Shown: positions 18,350 to 26,088 of the stretch, one piece after another | How positions within the stretch are numbered: position 1 is the first letter of the stretch | How the letters are laid out: each line of letters starts with the position of its first letter | Origin: Methanobacteriota archaeon | Lineage (GTDB): Archaea > Thermoplasmatota > Poseidoniia > Poseidoniales > Poseidoniaceae | Reading direction: 5' to 3' | Assembly: GCA_018623995.1 (NCBI GenBank) | Contig: JAAZUV010000001.1 | Coordinates: 1-51,902, forward strand | Length of the DNA stretch: 51,902 nucleotides | The notes under the pieces: generated by a model | What the model saw: only the letters and a program-made list of their open reading frames with translations | Told to the model about the DNA's origin: nothing | Database searches by the model: none | Position numbers and translations under genes: made by a program

Positions 18350-21073
18350 CTACCGTTTTGCAAATCGATATCCAACACGTTCGTTCTTTTTGAGCCAAAG
18401 AATTGCTGTGTAAGGATTTCCTGATTTCTTTGCAATCAAATCATCAAAGGGACCAATTTCTCCTTTTTCGATAAGTTGTTTCGCTTCTTCTCGCGTAATT
18501 TCACGCTTGGAGATTTCACGAGCGATGTCTATTTTACAACCGCTTGCACTTGTTTTAGGTCGGAAATGCGTCTCAGTTTCGTAGATCTCTGCACCATGCT
18601 TTGGACAAATGGCCACAACGCCGGGCACAACGTCAAATCGACGAGCATCTGCCGCGGCTTCTCGTGGAGGGAATTCAAACCCAACTTTGTTGCCTTCAAG
18701 GACAAGATAAGCAGGGAACGGACGACCTCGACGTGAAATAAAATCTTCAATGAGTGGAGATTTACCATCGACCAAAATTGATTTTGCCTCGTCTCTGTTG
18801 ATTTCTCGCTTACAAATGACCTTTCCAACGCCTGAGAATTTGCATGCATCTTGATCGCAAGCATAGTGTGTATCGGTTTCACGAATTGTACCATTGCATT
18901 TCGGACATGGACAAAGCGCCTCATCAGAGGAATTTGCTCGATTACCAGTCGATTTAGAGGATGTTACTTTCCCTTCATTCGAAATGATAACGGAAGTCTC
19001 GTAGGCTTCCCCATTTCGGTTAAAGAATCCATGCAAGTCGGTCAATTCCTTTTGTTCAAGCAGTCGCCTCGCCGTTGAACGATCAAACCACCTTCCGCTG
19101 GTATCCTTCCAGAACACAAACGAGCACCCCTTTTCCTTTCCTTCATTCTTTTCGCAGGTGTAGGAGAGTGCTGTTTCAACAATCGCAGATGCACACTGAG
19201 GGCAGTTGCCAATTGATGAATCTTGAACAAACAACTGACTTCGATCATGGTCTCTGACTCGAGTTACCAAATCGGTGGTCTGCTCGACAATGTTTTCCAT
19301 GTATTTTGAGGCTTCCAATTCTCCTCGTTGCACGGCTGTTAATGCGGATTCCATTTCGCCTGTAAGCTCGGCAGATGTGATCCATTCAACCGGGATTCGA
19401 CGCAGTATTTCGATGATACGAATGCCGTGTGGTGTCGCATTAAGCGCTCCGGATTGCTGGCGTGAAATGTAGCCCCGAGAAAGCAATTTCTCGATCGTAT
19501 CTGCTCGGGTGGCTGGAGTTCCAAGGCCTTTACCTGCCATCGCTTCAGCAAGATCTTCATCTGCGATATCTTTTCCAGCCTTTTCCATGAGTGACAAAAG
19601 TCGTGCTTCCTTGATGCGTGTGGGTGGCTTCGATTTTTCTTCATTCCATTCATGGGATGAAACAGAAGCAAGTGGACTCTCCGCTGAAACCGTGCCCCAG
19701 CCTTCTGGGTGACTGAGATTTTTTGTCACAACCTCTCTCCAGCCTAGTGTGGTATATTGTTGGGCTTCTTTGTTGAATACCTCCCCTCCCAAATTTGCTG
19801 TCCTTTTTTGTTTCTCGATGATTGCTTCACCATACCAGGAGGCAATAAAGTTCCGAACAATCATGTTGTAGAGTCGCTTTTCGTCTTTGGAAAGAGCGGA
19901 AGTAGGCAATTTTCCAGTTGGAATGATGGCGAAGTGATCGCTGACTTTTGCATCATTGAAATTTCGTCCAACATTTTGCATGCCGTTTTTCGTTAAGGTA
20001 TCAATAAAGCCTGACATGTCATCCAATTGTCCAAGGTTGGACAACGTCGTGTCAATGGTTTCTTTCATGTCGGTTGGTAAGAAGCGAGAATCAGTACGTG
20101 GATAGGTCGTTAGTTTATGGCGCTCATACAACGCTTGAGCAACATTGAGCGTTCTCTTCGCCGGCCAAGAAAACATTGAGTTTGCCTGTCGTTGGAGCGT
20201 GGTCAAATCATAGTTCAATGGTGGTCGCTCTTTGCTCGTTGTCACTTTTTGTGTAACTGTGGCTTGTTCACCTGAATCGATGAGCGCTTGGATTCGTTCC
20301 TTATCCTCAGCGGTAAGAATCCAATGCGCTTTGGTATCCTCAGTTGCGGCCCCTCCTTCCCAACGACCGTTCCACGAGCTATCAGTGCCCTCAAACTGGG
20401 CATTAAGGGTCCAAAACGGTGTTGCGATGTGTTTCAGGATTTCAATTTCGTGATCGACAAGCATTGCGAGTGTTGCTGTTTGCACTCGTCCGAGGGAGAT
20501 TCGTTCAGTCCGTTTCTTTGGAAGAAATACCTCGGCAATCCGTGAACCGTTCATCCCGATTAGCCAGTCGGCGTAACTACGACTGTAAGCTGCGTCAGCA
20601 AGATTCTGGTACTCAGATGCCGGTTTGCGTTCATCCCACGCACGCTGAATGGCTTCTTTTGTCATGGATTGGAGCCACATCCGAGATACAGGCGATTTGG
20701 ATTTGGAGTGTCGGTAAATTGTTTGGAAAATGAGTTCTCCTTCACGTGCAGCATCACAAGCGTTGACAATTTCTGTAACTGCTTTATCGCTCATAAGTTT
20801 CTTCACTGCTGTAAGTTGTTTACGTGTCGAACCTGATTTTGGTTTGAATTCAAATTCATCGGGAACGAATGGTAAATCTGCTGCAGTTTTCCTCCAATTT
20901 TTGAACTCAGGATTGTAATCATCCATGTATTTGAGCTCCAGCATGTGACCGACGGCCCATGTTACAACAACGTCGTTTCCAGACCAATGCGTTGTTTCCT
21001 TTTTGTTTATGTTGAGCATCTTTGCAATATCTTCGGCGACACTAGGTTTCTCGGCGAGGACAACGATGCTCAT
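18350..21073 (-). CDS. Type IA DNA topoisomerase (Topo III-like) with C-terminal zinc-finger plus repeat modules
   Basis: N-terminus MSIVVLAEKPSVAEDIAKML (Toprim), WAVGHMLEL, YPRTDSRFLP (catalytic Tyr block). The C-terminus carries CPQC..C..C, CPCPKC..C..C and a degenerate CPKH..C, each followed by a ~45-aa repeat. ATG 21073 is preferred over the ORF-track start 21127. Confidence 0.9.
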   Translation of the reverse strand: MSIVVLAEKPSVAEDIAKMLNINKKETTHWSGNDVVVTWAVGHMLELKYMDDYNPEFKNWRKTAADLPFVPDEFEFKPKSGSTRKQLTAVKKLMSDKAVTEIVNACDAAREGELIFQTIYRHSKSKSPVSRMWLQSMTKEAIQRAWDERKPASEYQNLADAAYSRSYADWLIGMNGSRIAEVFLPKKRTERISLGRVQTATLAMLVDHEIEILKHIATPFWTLNAQFEGTDSSWNGRWEGGAATEDTKAHWILTAEDKERIQALIDSGEQATVTQKVTTSKERPPLNYDLTTLQRQANSMFSWPAKRTLNVAQALYERHKLTTYPRTDSRFLPTDMKETIDTTLSNLGQLDDMSGFIDTLTKNGMQNVGRNFNDAKVSDHFAIIPTGKLPTSALSKDEKRLYNMIVRNFIASWYGEAIIEKQKRTANLGGEVFNKEAQQYTTLGWREVVTKNLSHPEGWGTVSAESPLASVSSHEWNEEKSKPPTRIKEARLLSLMEKAGKDIADEDLAEAMAGKGLGTPATRADTIEKLLSRGYISRQQSGALNATPHGIRIIEILRRIPVEWITSAELTGEMESALTAVQRGELEASKYMENIVEQTTDLVTRVRDHDRSQLFVQDSSIGNCPQCASAIVETALSYTCEKNEGKEKGCSFVFWKDTSGRWFDRSTARRLLEQKELTDLHGFFNRNGEAYETSVIISNEGKVTSSKSTGNRANSSDEALCPCPKCNGTIRETDTHYACDQDACKFSGVGKVICKREINRDEAKSILVDGKSPLIEDFISRRGRPFPAYLVLEGNKVGFEFPPREAAADARRFDVVPGVVAICPKHGAEIYETETHFRPKTSASGCKIDIAREISKREITREEAKQLIEKGEIGPFDDLIAKKSGNPYTAILWLKKNERVGYRFAKR

Positions 21074-21128
21074 GTTTTCAATGCGTTTGTCGACTGTACT
21101 TGAAGGCTCGCCAGTATTGAAATACAAA

Positions 21129-21148
21129 CAGATAACTTATGTTATCTG
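21129..21148. promoter_or_regulatory. Perfect 8-bp inverted repeat CAGATAAC-TTAT-GTTATCTG between two same-strand genes
   Basis: Read directly: CAGATAAC and GTTATCTG are reverse complements. Lies 7 nt downstream of the stop at 21155 and ~55 nt upstream of the topoisomerase ATG. Could be a hairpin terminator or an operator. Confidence 0.25.
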
Positions 21149-21154
21149 ATGAAT

Positions 21155-21568
21155 TTATCGGGAATTTTTGGTGCGATTACGATGCGCTAATTCATTCCAT
21201 TTTTCTTCATCATCACGGTACCCACAACCGCTGCATCCTGGATAACCTGCGAGCAATAATTCAGAGCACATCTGGATGAAATCAGTAATCAATTCTTCTA
21301 CATCAAACGGTAGCCACAAAGCGGTTTCATCACTTGGAACATCCGTTTGAAAATCAAACAGATTTTGGTCGTCTCTTACAACAGAAAATGGTCCAGCAAC
21401 AATCTCAGGAAATTCCAATCGTTGTGGCATTGAATCCGCCATGTTGAGAATCAAACGATGCCATGATGCCACATGCGTTTGAGGGATGTTCAGAATCAAA
21501 CCCTCTTCTGTAAGGATGCGTCTGCACGCTTCACGAACTGCAAGCCATCTTGCTGAATTCTCCTCCAT
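21155..21568 (-). CDS. Hypothetical cytoplasmic protein
   Basis: ATG start, 137 aa, contains GYPGCSGCGY. No family recognised. Confidence 0.5.
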   Translation of the reverse strand: MEENSARWLAVREACRRILTEEGLILNIPQTHVASWHRLILNMADSMPQRLEFPEIVAGPFSVVRDDQNLFDFQTDVPSDETALWLPFDVEELITDFIQMCSELLLAGYPGCSGCGYRDDEEKWNELAHRNRTKNSR

Positions 21569-21619
21569 AACCCACCGAAGAAACGCAAGGATTGAAGGAT
21601 ATCGGTTCGACCATTGCCC

Positions 21620-22726
21620 ATGGGCAGGCTGTTTCGCTGGTTTTCAAAGCCACTTTTGGCCATTCAGGATTCGGAAAAAGCCCACGCACGTTCGCTTCTT
21701 ATGCTACGCATAGCATCATCAAATCCTGTGTTTCGTGCAATGCTTCGCCTCCTCTACAAGCCAAAGAAAAACATTCCAACGCATTGTTTTGGATTGGATT
21801 TTGATCATCCGTTCGGTATAGCAGCCGGTATGGACAAGCGTGCAGAGGCCCTTCGTGGGTGGGAGTCCATCGGGCTTGCATTTTCTGAAATTGGTGGGGT
21901 CACGATGCTCGAACAGGCAGGAAATCCAAAACCGAGAATGTTTCGTCACGGAGCTGATCGCTCCCTTGTCAATCGAATGGGATTCAACAATCCAGGAAGT
22001 GAGAAAGTTGCAAATCAACTTCAACGTTCAGGACCACAAACTAAACCGGTCTGGGCCAATCTTGGGAAATCCAAATTGACGCCTCTTGACGATGCGGCAT
22101 CGGACTATTCCACAACGATGCAGCGTTTGTGGGCCTACATCGACGTGTTCGTCATCAACGTCTCATCCCCGAACACGCCTGGTCTACGTGAACTACAACA
22201 TGGCGACCATCTGAAAGAAATTCTCAATTCATGCAATGACGTGAACCAAAAGAATGCCCTACAACACGATCAGCCAAAGAAACCACTCTTGATCAAGGTC
22301 GCACCAGATCTTTCAACCGACGAACTTGATGCCATTGTGGATACGGCAATGGCCTGTGGGATTGATGGTATTGTAGCAACAAACACGACGCTCAATCGAC
22401 CAAATCAGGAACACAACGTCTACAAGCAACAAGGTGGTTGTTCCGGTTCACCTCTTCGCCAGCAGAGCACGGACATGATTGCTCACGTCTATGCCTATAC
22501 GCAAGGAAAACTTCCCATCGTTGGTGTCGGTGGTATCATGAACGCTGAAGATGCTTGGGAGAAAATCACCGCTGGAGCAACATTACTCCAAGCCTATGCT
22601 GGATTTGTGTTTGAAGGTCCTGGTTTAACGAAGTCAATCGTTCATGGGTTGTATCGAAAGATGCGACAGCACAACATGGACACGCTTTCTGAAGCTGTTG
22701 GATTGAACCATCGACAATCATCATGA
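21620..22726 (+). CDS. pyrD: Dihydroorotate dehydrogenase, class 2 (quinone-dependent)
   Basis: FDHPFGIAAGMDK, NRMGFNNPG, VINVSSPNTPGLRELQ, and an N-terminal extension typical of class 2. The ORF-track start 21614 is TTG; the ATG is at 21620. Confidence 0.9.
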   Translation: MGRLFRWFSKPLLAIQDSEKAHARSLLMLRIASSNPVFRAMLRLLYKPKKNIPTHCFGLDFDHPFGIAAGMDKRAEALRGWESIGLAFSEIGGVTMLEQAGNPKPRMFRHGADRSLVNRMGFNNPGSEKVANQLQRSGPQTKPVWANLGKSKLTPLDDAASDYSTTMQRLWAYIDVFVINVSSPNTPGLRELQHGDHLKEILNSCNDVNQKNALQHDQPKKPLLIKVAPDLSTDELDAIVDTAMACGIDGIVATNTTLNRPNQEHNVYKQQGGCSGSPLRQQSTDMIAHVYAYTQGKLPIVGVGGIMNAEDAWEKITAGATLLQAYAGFVFEGPGLTKSIVHGLYRKMRQHNMDTLSEAVGLNHRQSS

Positions 22727-22769
22727 GCAGATATTGAAATACATCAGTCCAGTCGTGTGAAGTGATACA

Positions 22770-23156
22770 ATGTTGTCGTATCGCAACCGATTGCTGTTGA
22801 TTGGTGGAGTTGTCACGATTGCCGTTCTTGGTACAATTTTTCTCCAAGCTCCTGCGCCGACATTAACCGTAGACCAACTGATGGAAGATAAGGCCGCTCT
22901 TATCGATGGAGAGGTTGCGGTTCGTGGTGAAATTCGTGATGGAAGCATCAATGAGACGACGATGACGTTCGTATTGGAAGGCTCAGAATTTGATTTGCTT
23001 ATCGACTACTCAAACGCTGGTTCAATCTCCAACGGATTGGGTGACAACAGAACTGTGTATGCAGAGGGAATCTTCCAGTACATTGATGGAATGTACGTCG
23101 TTGAAGCAGAGACCATCAAGACCTCCTGCCCATCAAAATACGAAGAAGAAGTCTGA
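22770..23156 (+). CDS. ccmE: Cytochrome c maturation heme chaperone CcmE, archaeal variant with CxxxY instead of HxxxY
   Basis: N-terminal TM RNRLLLIGGVVTIAVLG. OB-fold blocks GEVAVRGEIRDGSI and TVYAEGIF. C-terminal IKTSCPSKYEEE aligns with E. coli LAKHDENYTPPE. Confidence 0.75.
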   Translation: MLSYRNRLLLIGGVVTIAVLGTIFLQAPAPTLTVDQLMEDKAALIDGEVAVRGEIRDGSINETTMTFVLEGSEFDLLIDYSNAGSISNGLGDNRTVYAEGIFQYIDGMYVVEAETIKTSCPSKYEEEV

Positions 23157-23206
23157 ACATCTTCATCGTTTGATTGAAATAGAGTCAGTTGCAGGGTCCT
23201 TTGGGA

Positions 23207-23505
23207 TAGGTGGGGAGCTAGGCGTACCCTGTACCACAAATCGTCTTCATGGTGGGCTGAATGCCTTGGGGCGGCGAAAGCGGCTCATGGGTTCCTGCAT
23301 GCGGACGTAGATGTCTCGCCCCCACATGATCCGGGTGTTGTGAACCGTTTCCGGAGGGAAACGGGAATCAGATAACCGGGGGAACAGGTCAGGCCGGGAA
23401 CGGAGCATCCCTACCTGGGGCCATGGGTGCTGTGGGGATCCGGGACGGAGGAAGTGTGTAGATACGGCCTTTGAGTACGAGCGTCCACCTAGGGATTCCC
23501 ACCTA
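23207..23505 (+). ncRNA. Signal recognition particle RNA (archaeal 7S type, ~300 nt)
   Basis: 5' TAGGTGGGGAGCTAGG pairs with 3' CCTAGGGATTCCCACCTA. Hairpin CCGTTTCC-GGAG-GGAAACGG (GNAR loop, helix-6-like) at 23345..23364. Helix-8-like motif CAGGTCAGGCCG-GGAA-CGGAGCA at 23385..23407. GC-rich island lying between two coding genes. Ends are approximate. Confidence 0.8.
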
Positions 23506-23988
23506 AATGTCAAACACGACGTCGCTGAACCAACCAGGTCCTTCGAACGTCGGAACTTCTGGCCAAGGTGATTCCAGAATTTGGTTTACAGCAACTTCTG
23601 CAACCATCAAATCTTGACGTGTTACTGCCTTAATTTCCACCTCTTTTTCAATTTCATCAGAATTGACCCAACGTACATGCGCTTGCAAGGAATGTTCTCC
23701 TTCGAATTCCTCTATTTTTATCGAACAATCAACAAGCCATTTCTGTTCGACTTCATCCATAAAGAGAACTTCTTCGAGCCACTTGACGAGGAGTAGTCCG
23801 TTGGCATCATCATGCGTGGGAATTCGAACCGTCCAGACAGACGTGTGGTGAATGGCCTCTGAGGGAATCTCTGAGGCGAGGAGGTAATCCTGCATGCCTG
23901 CAGTTGTTTCCTCAAACAATCTCGCCTTCGACGCAGCAAAGGATCGTAGACCAACATCCGCAGTTGTTGGCCTCATCCAAGAACTCAT
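23503..23988 (-). CDS. Archease (RtcB tRNA-ligase activator family)
   Basis: N-terminal PTTADVGLRSFAASKARLFEETTAGMQ (the family's HTADxG..G....LF block) and C-terminal IKAVTRQDLMV. Confidence 0.8.
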   Translation of the reverse strand: MSSWMRPTTADVGLRSFAASKARLFEETTAGMQDYLLASEIPSEAIHHTSVWTVRIPTHDDANGLLLVKWLEEVLFMDEVEQKWLVDCSIKIEEFEGEHSLQAHVRWVNSDEIEKEVEIKAVTRQDLMVAEVAVNQILESPWPEVPTFEGPGWFSDVVFDI

Positions 23989-23997
23989 GCAATGACC

Positions 23998-25059
23998 TCA
24001 ACGTTTGGAAACTTGGAGAGACCAAGCGATTTCACCAATTCTGTCGACCATATCGTCGAGTCGCAACACGAATCGGTCGGTACGATCGGCGATGAGGATG
24101 CACTCACTTGCAGCATTTGCGAGTTGGGCTGTTTCTTCTACGGAGAGGCCGAGCGTGATTGCTGTTGCAACGGCAACAGCAGCAGCATCGATGAGTCCAA
24201 TCATCTGCCGTATTTCTTCGAGCATGCATTGAACATGAACTGTGTCTTCGTTTCTCGAGTGGATGGTAACACCATCCTGTCCCTCAAGAATCAATAGATG
24301 CTCCCAGTTATTTGATTCGAGTAGCATTGATGCTGCTTCGGCACCAGTGGTTGCGCCAAGTCGTCTTCGCATAAGTTCCAACCCTTTCGATTGAAACAAG
24401 ACCCAATCAACGCCTTGGGTACGATGGAGTCCCGTCAATTTAGGATCGGCAATGATGGGAACGTTGTGTTTCTTCGCAGCCGTGATGAGTCGTTCAGCCC
24501 CAGCATCATCGAGAACACCTAATCCATAATCGGACAAGATGAGACAAGATGAGTTGGGAATGGATTCGATTGTACGATCAATGAGGTTTGTCAACGCTGT
24601 AGATGGAATTGCTTCATCGTCTTCAATGTCCCATCGGAGCAGAAGTTGCTCTCCCTTGACCAAGCCTTCGCGTGCCCCCAAAAGCCTTGTTTTCACCGTC
24701 GTTGTACGTTCCTCAAGTACTGCAATTCCCGATGTTTCAACACCTTCTTCTTCAAGCATTTCCAAGACGGCCAGTCCTGAATCATCATCGCCGACGACAC
24801 CATGCAAGTGACTCTTCAATCCGAGGGAATCGAGACCACGAGCAACGTGTGCTGCGGCTCCTACATCAACATCACGTGAAATTTCCTTAAGGACTGGAAC
24901 TGGTGCACGGGAATTAAGATTGTTAGCAAAACCATGGATGTAGCAATCCATCATAATGTCCCCTACGAGGAGAACCTTCGCTGGTCTGATGTTCTTCAAC
25001 CCACGTTCAAGTTTCTTCAAAGCATCGTGAATTTTTACATCGTCATCGCTCATTCCCAT
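23998..25059 (-). CDS. pfkB-family sugar kinase resembling the HldE/RfaE kinase domain (heptose-7-phosphate kinase-like)
   Basis: KVLLVGDIMMDCYIHG..SRAPVPVLKE parallels HldE VMVVGDVMLDRYWYG..SPEAPVPVVK; also LILSDYGLGVL and VPIIADPK. The GAGD motif is GLID here. Confidence 0.8.
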   Translation of the reverse strand: MGMSDDDVKIHDALKKLERGLKNIRPAKVLLVGDIMMDCYIHGFANNLNSRAPVPVLKEISRDVDVGAAAHVARGLDSLGLKSHLHGVVGDDDSGLAVLEMLEEEGVETSGIAVLEERTTTVKTRLLGAREGLVKGEQLLLRWDIEDDEAIPSTALTNLIDRTIESIPNSSCLILSDYGLGVLDDAGAERLITAAKKHNVPIIADPKLTGLHRTQGVDWVLFQSKGLELMRRRLGATTGAEAASMLLESNNWEHLLILEGQDGVTIHSRNEDTVHVQCMLEEIRQMIGLIDAAAVAVATAITLGLSVEETAQLANAASECILIADRTDRFVLRLDDMVDRIGEIAWSLQVSKR

Positions 25060-25061
25060 AA

Positions 25062-26051
25062 TTATCCCTCTACCTTGTCTTGTAATTCTGCTAACAACAT
25101 AGCATGTTCTTGTTCGGAAATACCTGTTTTAAGACGCAATGTTTCGAGCATCGCTGACTCATCGTTTGTGATGATTCCATCGATCATTGCAGTTTTTAGA
25201 ACAGAACGGTATGCTTCGAGTTCAGGTGAAATGTATGGCTTCTCCAATGCTTCTCTGAGCATTCGTTCATGAGTTTCTGAATCGATATCGAATGCAATTT
25301 GAACCGTTCGAAGAAGTGCTTCCTCCTCTTCATGTATCACTCCATCAACCAATGCTTGGCGCAACATCTCGAGGTAGATTTCTTCTGGAGGTGGTGCATT
25401 GATTTCTCGACGTGCTTCATTGGATAAACGTCGTACTCGATCTGGATGCATTCCAAGGAAATCGACGACTTCATTGAGCAAAAGTTGTTCGTCTTTGGTG
25501 ATACGGCCATCTTGCCAAGCCCTTGCAAACATACGGCGAACAAGTGCTTCACCTGCCTGTGCATCCAGTGAAGCAGAGCCTTCTGGGTGGGAAACTGGAG
25601 ACATGACTGGCTCTGAATGGACTTTCATGTGTTCATCAATGTGGGCAAGTGATTCGAGTGTATTCTTTGAGCTCGTGAGCAGAGATTCCAACAACACTGT
25701 TGTTCCATCCGATTGTACTGGTACTGCTTTGATTCTATTGAGAATGGAGAGCGCTCGCTCACGACCTTCAGGTGTCAATGAGTAGACTCGCCGTCGTTGT
25801 CGGGCACCAGGGACATGACGACTCGTTGTGTTGAGGAAGTCCTGCTCCTGCAAACGTTTCAACGTCCTTGGAACGTGTTTTCGTTGCACATGAACAGCTG
25901 CTGAGATGCCTGCTTGGGTGAGTTCCATCGGAGCTTCCCAATTGTTTTCGGGCAATTGGTTGTCGAGGAGATGGAGCAATGTCCGCTCTTCAGTGGTAAG
26001 TGTTCCTAAGAACCCGCTAACCATACCGCTCCCCATTTTGTTTGTCTTCAT
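25062..26051 (-). CDS. Winged-helix DNA-binding domain fused to three TerB-like helical repeats; putative regulator
   Basis: N-terminus ELTQAGISAAVHVQRKHVPRTLKRLQEQDFL..RRVYSLTPEG (wHTH). Three repeats built around DGRITKDEQLLLNEV, DGVIHEEEEALLRTV and DGIITNDESAMLETL. Confidence 0.55.
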   Translation of the reverse strand: MKTNKMGSGMVSGFLGTLTTEERTLLHLLDNQLPENNWEAPMELTQAGISAAVHVQRKHVPRTLKRLQEQDFLNTTSRHVPGARQRRRVYSLTPEGRERALSILNRIKAVPVQSDGTTVLLESLLTSSKNTLESLAHIDEHMKVHSEPVMSPVSHPEGSASLDAQAGEALVRRMFARAWQDGRITKDEQLLLNEVVDFLGMHPDRVRRLSNEARREINAPPPEEIYLEMLRQALVDGVIHEEEEALLRTVQIAFDIDSETHERMLREALEKPYISPELEAYRSVLKTAMIDGIITNDESAMLETLRLKTGISEQEHAMLLAELQDKVEG

Positions 26052-26088
26052 GGTAGTCCTTAGGACAATCGGTCATCGACGCAACAAT

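Noticed and set aside
22990-23513. ORFs 22990..23310 (+), 23006..23239 (-) and 23247..23513 (-) as small proteins
   Set aside because: They lie over the 3' end of ccmE and the SRP RNA locus. Their translations are Arg/Pro/Gly-rich, as expected from GC-rich structured RNA.
25906-26088. Upstream extension of the endA ORF
   Set aside because: The extension overlaps the divergent wHTH/TerB-like gene by ~145 nt and encodes no EndA-like sequence. Internal ATGs at 26089/26113 give a normal-length alpha2-type enzyme.
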